A stretch of 64,000 nt of DNA from Lingula anatina (lineage: Eukaryota > Animalia > Brachiopoda). Below, one piece after another: positions 13,543 through 25,500 of the stretch (position 1 is the stretch's first letter; the number at the start of each line of letters is the position of its first letter). The position numbers were made by a program, and so were the translations under genes. The notes below the pieces were generated by a model that saw only the letters and a program-made list of their open reading frames with translations, was not told where the DNA came from and did no database searches. The stretch lies in assembly GCA_051362555.1 (NCBI GenBank), contig CM120642.1, positions 1,054,001 through 1,118,000 on the forward strand. The letters run 5' to 3'.

Positions 13543-16500
13543 ATACTGCCCTCAGAGGGCTATGATGGTTGAAGACAGGTGATCTTCCCAACTGAGCAGG
13601 CATATAACAAGGTACAAAACCAACTAATTTAGGCTACATCTTCATTCACTAAGCATCAACTTATGACACATACTCATGTAACAAACTACTTTTACAGCCC
13701 TTTATCCACAAAAGTAGTTTTGTAAGGACAACCTCAACTAAATGGCCTGTAATCTCATCATAAAGAAAACTGACTGACACACATGGCTGGTCCTAGCGGG
13801 ACTCAGCACCTGAAAAAAAAAGCTGCCTTATTAAGAGAACATATGCCCTGTATATATATTTTTACCTTAGTGTTACAAGGTAGCACGGACTTTAAGCATC
13901 AGCTGACTTACCTCCTGACATTTCTACAGGCTTCAAGTGTCACTGCATTCACAGAGTACAAAACCATGAACACAATTACACCACAGTCAAAATAACCACA
14001 GGATCTCAGCCATGTGGGTGATAATATTTACAAAATACTTGCCTAAATCTGTCTCTATTCCTTCAAACAATACACTGGAAGTGGCACACAGTTAAGACCA
14101 TTCAGCCTGCTATGTTCTCTCTGCACAACCAATTTATTTTTGTCAGCAGTAACTAGCCACACCCAAATCAACCAAGAGTTGGAAGAAACCATTTGGACCA
14201 GAGACAATTAATTGGGGCAGAACCCTCAACTGTCTCCAGGTTCCTGTACAACAGCTGACTTGTTCAGTGAGGACCTGCTTATGTCATGTCTTTATCTCTG
14301 CCATCGCTACAAATAATGTTTTATTCTCTAATTTACTATTTTTATTTATCTGTTATTTACTGTGTATCCAGGGCCCACATTCCTTCCAGTAAAGATCTGA
14401 AATTAATACCACTGCTCTGTGCTAATATTGGAATATTCTGCTATTTTCTTCCTTTTATTTTTGTTTCCTTTATTTTCATTTCCCTTTATCATAATTAATT
14501 TTGGTCAATTTTTAAGTTGATGTCATTGACATCTTACTTAGGCCAACGTCAACTTTTTATCTCAGCTATTATCTTGAAGATAGAACTACGGCCGGCTGTA
14601 CCTTATTTTTTATATTACATCCTGATTTGGCTATTGGCTATGAATTATTAATTCTGAATGCTTCTTTTTGCCACAAATATTTTATAAGGTTTCGTATGCA
14701 GGCTTCCAGCAGCCTATTGATCACAGTCAACATTATTAGCTTTAGGGCAGCCGCGAGGTTAATAGGCGATAATTCCCATCATGCCATTACCAAGCACAGC
14801 TTAAGGTGGGTTTACACCTTACGAAAAAATCATGTCAATTTCTCGATCGCTCTACGCTCCTGGACCAAGCTGTTTTCTATGTTGATTGTTATACTAGGTA
14901 TCTGTCTGAGGTAATGCATTCCATCATTTTCATCACTGTCTAAACACAAACTGATACAATCTTACCTTGCAGCTAGTATATACAACTTGCCTCACTCAAT
15001 GGCTCCAATAAACTTAAATATAGTAATTCTATTTGTGGCAGGACTACCTCAGTCTACAAGGAGAGTTCCAGGCAGTTTCTTCAGCTCTATTGCTATATTA
15101 AGGAGTCCAAAAATGATCTCAAAAAACAAGCTGAAAAAACAAATGATTACACTATATGCTATAACCCTTGCTCTCCACAGTTCTCATTTATCTATTCACG
15201 ATCCATACAAAGATACTCACTGTAATACATGGGGCCCCAGACCATGGATTTCCCAAATTTATCCTGTCAGAAGGTCATTGACGTAATATTTGGCCTCAGC
15301 CCTGGATTATTATGAGTGCAAGTTCTGGTTAGCTGCACCAGAACTGGGTGTGGCTGCCAACTGAATATAAAGTTTTTAATATGGAGCAGCCAACACGCTG
15401 TGTTTGCATCTACGTAGGCATGGGATAAATTAACGTCCTGTGTTTTAAAAATTGAATATCACGTCCAACAGGAAGCTGGGCCTTATAAATTATATGGTAA
15501 TGTCATCTAATAGCCCTCTTCTGAACCTGGTGGAAAAGTGTCAAATTATTTTACATGCTTATTATTGGAAAGATAGGAATGAACTCTGAAAATACGTGGC
15601 TAGGACATGGAGTTCAAAGTCTGGCTGTGAACACTTTTATACGTGTACAATTATTTCCGCACACAACTGTTGTGATGTCCCCATGGTCATATCGCATGTA
15701 AGATATAAAAGATCTTCATTATGATCATTACAGTACATCATTATCTTGGATCTCCAAAGGTATTATCTACCATTAACCATATTGCCCTTCTATACTCAAA
15801 TATGCCATATGAAAGAGACCTCTTAAATTTGGTTTTGTTTTTTCTTTCCCTCTGTCTATCTATCTCTTTATTCACTTGTATTTTGTAGTAGCTTCAATCT
15901 TAATAAGAGTAACTGAAAAGTTTTTTTTAGATGAACTTGAAACAATTCATCAGAGAGGGATGACAGACGCACTGTTCTGTCTCCTCTATATGTGATCCAT
16001 CATCTTCAGAGAAAAAAAAAGAAGAAAAGAAGAGTGTGATAAATTGTAAGTGCTGCAACTTTGTCTGGTGGCAAAACATAAAAAATCCAATACAAAACAA
16101 AACAAAAACAAATATCTGTTTTACATTTTTTGTTTCATTCCTTGCAATTACGTCAAAGTTGAACCAAATATTGCATCCAAGATAATATTTGACAAAAATT
16201 ATGGTAGGCAGATACTTCTACATATCCTCAACATCCAAATAAATGATTAAAAAAACAATGGTTAAAAGTATTTTTAAATATCTTGAAAAACTATTAACTA
16301 TAATTAAATTATAATGTTCCTTTCAGAGATTTTTTTTTTCAAATAAATTTTCATGAAAAAAATGCAAAAACAACAGACAGCATGCCAGTGTACAACCATG
16401 TCTTACCCACACCAGTTTTATAACATCCCACCTTTTTTCCTCAACACTCTTTCCATCCTGAACTTTGACGTTAATGAGACAATCTTTGTCCTGTCCCGCT

Positions 16501-19500
16501 GTGGGTGCCATTACCGCAGTAGAAGTGATACATCTCTGAGTTAAGTATGGCGTGACTGGTGTTAATGTTGGGTAAATGTGACCACACCCCTCCCACACAG
16601 CTCAGCCTTTTAAGTGAGGATCGATGTTCTGCCTTGACCCTGATACAAGTGCAGTATGATAAATATTGAGAAGATGATGGTCTTCCTGTCTGTAGAGAGT
16701 TCAGCAAGACAACCAAAGAGGCTACCAACCTTGGATGCACATCTCTCTCTCTCTCTCTCTCTCAACAACAGACTTAAGCATCGTACTTGAGTGAATGACA
16801 ATTTGCATGGAATACTTGAATGTGTTGTATTGCAAGTCTCTCTTTCTCTCTCATGTCCTGACTAAAATTCTTCAAAATTCAATCAAATTTAAAGCCACTG
16901 TTTTAGATTAAGACTGTCTGTCTTCTGCAACTTCAACATATTCATCTGTCCCAGACTCTTGAGCTGATAATAGATTTATGGACAAAAGTGATGACATTGA
17001 GAACTCATTATGGCTATAATATTATTCTATCCTAACCCTGCATTGAGGTCTTCTTACTAATGTCTCACCCAAATCACTATCTTAAATTGTCACTTTTTAT
17101 CAATCGGTTTTATAAATCAATTCAGTTGTATAGACTGAAAATCCTGAATTCATATATACTTCCTACTGGCAGTTTGATCATATTGAAGACTACAACCCCA
17201 ACTATTACAGTCATGTCAGACTTCTGGTCAAAAAATGTAATGTGCTTTGTCTATGAGAGAATACCTCAAAGTTATGTGTAATCGTCTGGATGCTTTGTTT
17301 ACTGACATTTATGCTTTCAGCCATCTTTGTGCTGCTGGGATAAAGTAAAACGATCATCTTCCCAGACAGAGAAGAAAATATGAAAGATGTGTATAATTTT
17401 TCACCTTCTTTTACAAGTTTGTTAACCTGTCAGGTTCTTATACTTTTATATATGTAAGAAAATAAAGATGTACTATAAGAATGATAGTAAAATGTGAGAT
17501 AAAGCTAAGTATTTTTGGACTTGTTTAACAACAAAATCAAAAATTAAAGAAATGATTTGAGTGGTTTTACAAGTAACTACTTTGTTCTGTCAATATCCTC
17601 TTGGTAGACCTTGGTAAGTACCATGTTCAATGATGCTTGGTGAAAACCTCATTGATGCTATTCTTCTTGAATGATTCCTACTGCTGCGCCATCCCTCCCA
17701 CTCACAATTTGCAATGTTTTTCTTCAGTGTTCATCGATTCTTTATCTGCGTTAGTTAGTTTGTCCTTCATGCCTCTGTCAGCCTGCCATTACTGGCACAT
17801 TATATGTCATTACCATCAGACCCTGAAAATCAACTTTCTTAATATTGATCCCTGATAAAAAACTTGACTCCTCTGTCTGTCATCAGCTTCATATCCTAGG
17901 CCGGTTACTTTAATATGTATGGCCCCTTTAAAAAAATCAGCATGCAAAAAATTCATCATTACGTCACCAATAACCCTAATTATCTACACCCAGAAATAAA
18001 AAGAAAAAGAACTGTGACTAAAAATACTGTTAGTATTTGCAAAATCAAAAATGAAATCAATTTGTCATCCATAATCAGTAATTAAACAACACTTCCAAAT
18101 ATTTATTTTTTGAGAAAGCTAGGCCATTTTATCATGTCAACTTTTTTATCTTTGTTACCTTATAACCTCATTTTAAATAAATCATCCAAAAACAAATAAT
18201 CAACAAAACAACCAAGGTATCCTTGAGCCATTATTATTCAGAATATTCCTACAAGGTACACAGCATGTGCTTAAGTAATTCAATAGATTGCAATCCACAA
18301 CTTAGAAGTGTTATGCCTCAGCAGGATGTCACACAATCTAACTCCCTGAATTTAAGGCATATTTTAACCCATAATTATAGCTGAATTATTCCAAGATCAT
18401 CAAACACCATAAAGTGATCTCACCTGAAATAAGGTAAAAATACTCCCTCCAATTTTAATGGAGGAACACCAAGGAAGAGTCACAGGGACAACAGTTTTCT
18501 AAAATTTGATATAATAATTCAAACCAAGAGAAAATATTCCGTGTACGACTGTGTCAACTGTCCCCAGCAAGACACTGTGCTCTTCTCAAGTTAAGGTGGC
18601 TATATATGTGAGACAATATTTTGAAAATTAACTTCTGTAATTTGGACACCTATTTAGCACTTTTATCCCTGCCATTAAAATTATATATGGAAAACACCTT
18701 AGTCTTGTTTATTAATTCCTGGAACATGCCCTTGGTGGATGTGAAAACCCCAAATCCAGCCATGATATAAGCATGTGACTTGAATTCTCTGCATAGATTC
18801 TATGCCAAGAAAATGCAATTATTCAGTGGGTACCATCACCACAAAATACACCATTTTTTACTTCAAATAATTGCTAACAAAAAATAGCCAATAAAAAAAC
18901 TTGGCCAATTTCCCCAGTCTGTTCATTTGCCTACACTTCCACATAAATGTGAACAGGCCCCTATCAGTATGACTCCAATATTGCATTACGGTAACGACGC
19001 CATCTTTTCGATGGTCAAAAATGATCAAACTTTCAGATACATCATTTTAAAATCATAAAAATTATATTTTTGTACAGCATTTGTGGTGCTTTTAATGTAT
19101 AGAATAGAACTATAAGGTAGTCTGCTTTTAAATCGTGTTGCAACCACTCAATAGGAATGCTCTTATTTTAAAGAATTATGACTTTCAAAATACAGTATCT
19201 GTAAAATTCACAATTTCCCCCCATTGAAAAGATGGCATCATTACCGTACTCTCCGAGGATGAAACCCTGATGTGAAATGAAACCATCTCCTGGTGACACT
19301 GAGCACAAGAGTGGGATCACAAGTGATCTACCCAGCCATCCTATACAAACAAATACTGGTTAGACCTTTCTGGTTAGGCTTTTCCAAGAATTCTTTATCA
19401 CGGTTTTTCCTGGAACTCATTTAGGAATAATGGTGACAATACTTGCTCAATGCAAATTTGATTTTAACAGGGGAAGTTGGGCTACCAGGATGAAGACAGA

Positions 19501-22500
19501 CAGAGGGTACACTCAGAACAAGTTGATCTGCGGATTAACAGATCCACGGATCATGTATTGCTGACCCACGTAAAAGCCCCATAATTCCGTAATAGACACT
19601 GAACAGATTCACCATAGGGATTATACGGTAAGCTTTCAAGTGGGTTGGCCATTTTTGCTCCACAGATCTCTTAGTCCACGGATCAACTCTGGTTATGAAT
19701 GCAGACAAAGGGTGATTTCAGGCTGGAGAGAGAGAGAGACATCTCGGAATAACTAGATGTTTATTTTAATGGTTCCGAGTCCACATGGAGTGTCATGATA
19801 CCTCTTTCCCAGTACAATACAGCTGTGGTCTAGAGGTAGAGTTCTCATGTTTCACCCCAGAGGAATATACATAATATTAGATTCAGGCAACTAAATTACT
19901 GGTAAATCAATTGTTATGAATGGTGACTTCTGCTTCACCTGAACTTGTCAGCAAGGGTTTGGTGTCTTGTTTCTCCTGTGCGGAATGCATCCATACAAAT
20001 TTGGAACAATGTTTTTTTTTTTTTTTTTAATTTTAATTTTGAAAGAATTTTGAATACAATAATCATTTCATAAAACGCAACCACAATATACCATAACACT
20101 GTTGTGATAAAGTAGAATTTGCAATTCATGCAAAAGAAGATGGGGACTTTCTCATTTACAGGAACATCATATATTACAACAGTACTGGGCAGGTATAATT
20201 CCTTTTCCAACTCTTTCTGAGTGTCATATGTTACATCTAACTTACAACTACTTGTCCAACAATTTTTTTCTCTATAAAATAAATAATCTATCATCCAAAA
20301 AATTTATCTCCAAGATTTCAATCATTCAACTTTGTATTCAGCTCATCGCAATCTATGAAGTACAAAACTCTGGGAAAAAAACTATCAATAAACAATTTTC
20401 ACTCTAATATCAACAATCAATAAACAATTGAGTACCAGCTGGACTGGAAAAAATAGTCAAACATTACTTGTATACACGCATACCTTCCTGACTCTAGCTC
20501 ATCAAATAAAAATATCATTTCATGAAGTTGTATTTACACACAGGATAATTTTAGACCAGAAAAAGACTTTATATGACATCAGCAATACATTTGATCTAAA
20601 ATATTGGGTTCCTAAGTCAAGCCGCATTTCCATTGAGGTTGTGACCACTAAACTTGGTACCACTTCTATCAACAGATAATGTGGCTAAAATTTCTAGTCA
20701 AAGAAAAAACAGTATCAGGGTATCAATATTACCCCACCTATAATAAGGTTGGATGGAAGAACAAAAGAAAAAATGTCCACCAATGGTGAAGGTATTAATG
20801 GCTTCTTCAGTTGTTTCACTTGTCTAGGTCTGCTTCCTTCTGGAGAAAATATCTCAAAAAGCTCTTCACAAATTTTGATGAAATGGTCAGTCCAGACAGT
20901 TACTTAGAAGAAAAAGGATTGACTATGATTTCATCTGAATCTGGATCTCCAAATATCATATGAAGAAGTTTAATAGCAGTTTTCCTGGGGAGGTCTGCAC
21001 CACTGGTGTGTTCTTTGGTTATTGTTATTATGTGGACAGACCCTGTGTGTATTAAGCTAAGCTGTCTATTAATCCTGTCATCCCCTCCTCACACAACATT
21101 ACACATCATAAACTCTTAGGGTGCATTCCCATAGATTTTAGATCGATCTATCCCCGTGAGGAGTCTCACTACATAACTGTCAGATAATCCGGCTTAAATG
21201 TCCCTCCTGCCTACTACATGCTGTAAGGGGGTAATTAACTTTAGTGCCCACTCGTCTGACAGCTATATAGTGTGAACCCCCAGGGAGTTAGGTCGATCTA
21301 GTTGGATCAATCTAATCTCTGGGAATGCGGTCTTACTTATGAACAGATGTGACCACAAATGATGCATTTAGTCAAATTTCTGCCTAAAAAAGAACCCAAG
21401 TGTGAATGCACCTAAACAGACCAATTTCTCCTGCTGACAGTATTGATATTAATGGCAGTGCATATTGCAATGCTTCAATATATCACAATTTGTCATCTAG
21501 ACTTACTTGATTACAATAAGATACCAACTTTGTAGTCTTTGAGCTTGACTAAATAAGTAATTTGTGTATTACATTCTGCAATTACAGCCAATGTAAGACA
21601 AGGCAGCAAAGCTGTCAAATGTACAGACAAAATAACAGAAAAAAGGATGCAAAAGAGGTCATTTTGCCAATTTTGATGCAATAATAAACAAGCTCGTGGA
21701 ACTTCAAAGTCACACTTTGAAAATGCCAATATGTGAAACCATTTAACTGGCAGTAAGAATTACCAAACAGACTGCATTGCCTACTGAAGCTGTATTTTAG
21801 TCCCATGTTTCTTTCCTGTAAGTTTGAGAACAGTAAGTGACATGGTTTTTCTTAAATGGTCATCATGGGAGCAGTGCCCAAAATACGGTAAAGTGCCATG
21901 AATTTCGAACGGCTCTTAAATTTCGAACGATCTTAAAATCGGCCGTCTGGAGTTTTTTCTGGACCATGAATTTCGGCCAGTAAGCAATTTTGCGCGATCT
22001 TCATTTCGTGAATTTCGTACACCTAAAATCGGCCACCGGGCTATTCTCGCGCTTATAAAGATCTAACGGTCGGCAATGTTGCCCTAGCGTACCTTTACCT
22101 GAGTACTACGTGTGCGGCCCAAGGTGCAAGATAACGATCAGTACAGTTAGTTTAGGACGCTAAACAACATCGTCATATCCATTCATTCAGATAACAGGAG
22201 AATCTATTAAGAGTTGTACTGTCGGGCTGTTGTTTCTTTACCGCAGTATTCGGTGTGAGATAGCGATCGGTAGTTTTGCTGAGGCGCACAATAGCATTGT
22301 TAACAGTAGAGACTTCAGTAACAGAACAAAAGAGCAATATTAAGAGCTGCAATAAAGATCACCATTATTGCTTTCTTGTCTCGCTCAGATCGTTCACGAT
22401 CTCCCGCTGACGATCTTCCGCTAATGAAGTCCCTTGAAATGTACAAATGAAATGAAAAATATTTTTAAAAATTATAAATTCCAATGGGGAGGGATGGAGG

Positions 22501-25500
22501 GTTAAAAACAATCGAGAACGATCTCCGGCTGACGATCTGCCGCAAACGAAAGCAACTGAACGAGTATGAGCTTTCTCGTTTCACTCGGATTGCGACGCTG
22601 ACGATACGAAAATTGCATTCTCGTCTCGCCCTTTGGCTTACGAAGTCTCTTTAACAAATATGAAAATTGCCTCCTGGTCTCTCTCGGATTGCGAACGATC
22701 TCTCGCTGATAATTTGAAATTTTCCTTTTTGTCAATCAGCTTTGTCAGTTGCCGTGCGTATGAAGGTCCGGAAGGTGTCCCCTTTCACAAATTGGCCTGT
22801 AGTTTGCTTAGTGTTTTGTACCGCATGAAGGTCACTCTTGTCACTGCTGCATACGGCGTGGAATGTGTATCTTAAAGTTCATAGAAACATTTTATTGTGT
22901 TTTGTAAGCTTTAGGAAGTAGTTTCGTCGTGACTAAATATCAGCGTACACTACAAAGTAGTACCATTCATCTGTGACGCATCATAAAAGCTAGGTACGTC
23001 AAATTACTCTAAGAAAATTTCTTACAACGTCCACGGCTGTCCCGACAAGCCAAGACGTCATTTAAAAAAAAGTCGCAAGCCGTCTAACCGTCTTTGAAAA
23101 TATAGGTCGACCGGTGATGTCAGCGGCCGTCCAAATGACGGCTGGACGGTTCGCTGGGAAAAGCCTTGCTCATAAGGGTATATTTATTTAACTAGGGGCT
23201 TACTGACATCACCCAGCTTACATGCGGGTGCATGCCTCCCAAAATTATATTATAGGATAAAATTGTAATATATCTAAGTTTAATTGTTTGTAAATTTTGT
23301 AAAAATTGCCCATGCCACCCCGTTAGTTTGGAGGGTTAAGCTGGATCAAGTCCGTGTCAAAATTCTTTGAAACTTTGCAGGGAAAATCAATCTTCCTTTG
23401 TTTCTCTGGCTCCTTGTTTAGCCCGATGATCAGATTTATCTAGTGCCCCCAGGTCTGCTGGAGCAGCTCTTTGAAATAACACACAGGTAGATTCTTATCT
23501 GAGATAAATATCTCGTTCGATACACTCAAGACAAAAGCTACCTGTGAGCTGAAGGGCACTTTACCCTCTAAGTAAGAGGTAAAGCAAGTTCCAGCTAGAT
23601 GGACGATTAAGATCGGACTTCAGATGGTAACTAGTATTGTTAACCTCAGTTCTGTGAAAGCAAACGAGAAGGGTGTCAGAACAATGGTGCATATATAAAT
23701 TATACAGAGAATTTGTACATTCAGGTGACATTAACTTATAATCGAAGGGGATTTTCGATAATATTCCTTGAAAAGTACACTAGATTTATAGAGAATAATA
23801 TCATGGTTGGCCAAAAAATTATATACGCACAGTGTATCCGTGCGTATGCCTGGTTACGCCCCTGTCGCAAATCTGCAAATCATATCCTGCTGACTACCTG
23901 AAAATTGCCTTCTAGCATGGACAAAAAGTCCAAGCTTCTATGCTTGCTCGGATCGCTGACGATCTCTTGCTGACGAATATAGTAACGAAGTCCCTTGAAC
24001 TAGTGTGGAAATTGGCTTATTGTCGCGCTCAGATCGCTCACTACTGTATCTCCCATTGACGATCTTCCAGTCCCTTGAACGAATATAAAAGCTGCCTTTT
24101 CGGTTTAATCTAGATTACCTATCTCTCGCGTTTGTTTGAAGATGGTTTCAATGACAAAACGTACACGCTTTTCAAATGCGTACACTGACGCAACTATGCG
24201 CCAGGAAATCAGTTGCTGCTGCTGGTTAAGATTGGGTTGCCTGAGCGGGAAAAAAAAACGACCCTGCACCCCCCCCAAACCTAGTATATTTGATCGCAGA
24301 CAACAATCAGCGGTCATCTTGGTCGCAGTGCACGACGGAGAGAGACCGTAATACACAGTTCGGCTGCCGTGGCGAAGGCTACCTGTGCGCCGCACATACC
24401 GATCTGCGGTCGTAGTGGCCTCCCCGCACGGAGGAGAGGCCGTAATGCCAAGGCCGGCTTCTGCAGGGAAGGCTACGTATGCGTCGGAGACACCGACCCG
24501 CGAACGGCGAGATGAGGACGCATTCGCGCGTAAAGCTCCGCCCGACTTTAACGGTAAAGGCAACGAACCTGGTCGCGGAAGACACTTATCGCAGATGAAG
24601 GCTACCTGCACGTGCGCCATAGACACTGATCGGCTGTCGTCTCAGTTTCAGTGCACGAAAAGGAGCAACGGTAACACTAAGCTTCCTTAGTAAAGGTTAT
24701 CTGGCCGTGGCAGACGCTAATCGTCGGCCGTCTCTCCCTCCGTCCACTCCCGTTCTGAGCGCCAGGATCGTTTTTGAAAAACGACACTAGTTTCTGGCTG
24801 CCAGAATCGCTTTTGAAAAACGACACTACTGATAACGATGCTGTTTTGCGGCCCTAGACAACAGTACCGCTCTATCTATGGGCCATACACAGTGATCGGG
24901 TGAAAGTACGTGTATACCTTTGGTCGCAAATACCGACACTCACACATCATACATTATGGTAACTCTAAATAGATCGTCGGGAGAAGATAACAGAAGGCCT
25001 AGCGACGAACAGTCAACTTCCGGTCAAAATTGACAGAATTCCATGAAATTCGAACTTTCGGAAGTTCTGAGCACCTCCATTTCATGAATTTCGGCCAGAA
25101 CGATCTTTTCCCAAATTTAATTATTTTCTACTGTTCGAAATTCATGGCACATTACCGTAGTTTTTTTTTTTTTTTGATGCAATATTACATAATGTTTAAC
25201 AGCATAATGACCATCAATTTTAATAATAAAATATTAGTATCATGGATATTCAGAAAATGTGACTAGCAAAGGTCTTCAGGCCCATGGAACTTCAAAGTCA
25301 CAACTTGAAAATGCCAAAATGTAAACAAAGACAGCACTGTTCTGAAATGTTTTTTTTTTTCATTTTTAACAATTTTTTAACATAAAACAAAATAAACAGT
25401 TTACTGCAATTTTTATATGATCAACTAAGAAAATTGATGAGATGGGAAAAATATCAATAGAATAGTGTTAAATGTCCAATTTCCTCCATTCTGAGATTCT

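Noticed and set aside
19820-19865. tRNA or tRNA-derived SINE head (TGGTCTAGAGGTAGAG)
   Set aside because: Only an A-box-like string; no B box or cloverleaf.
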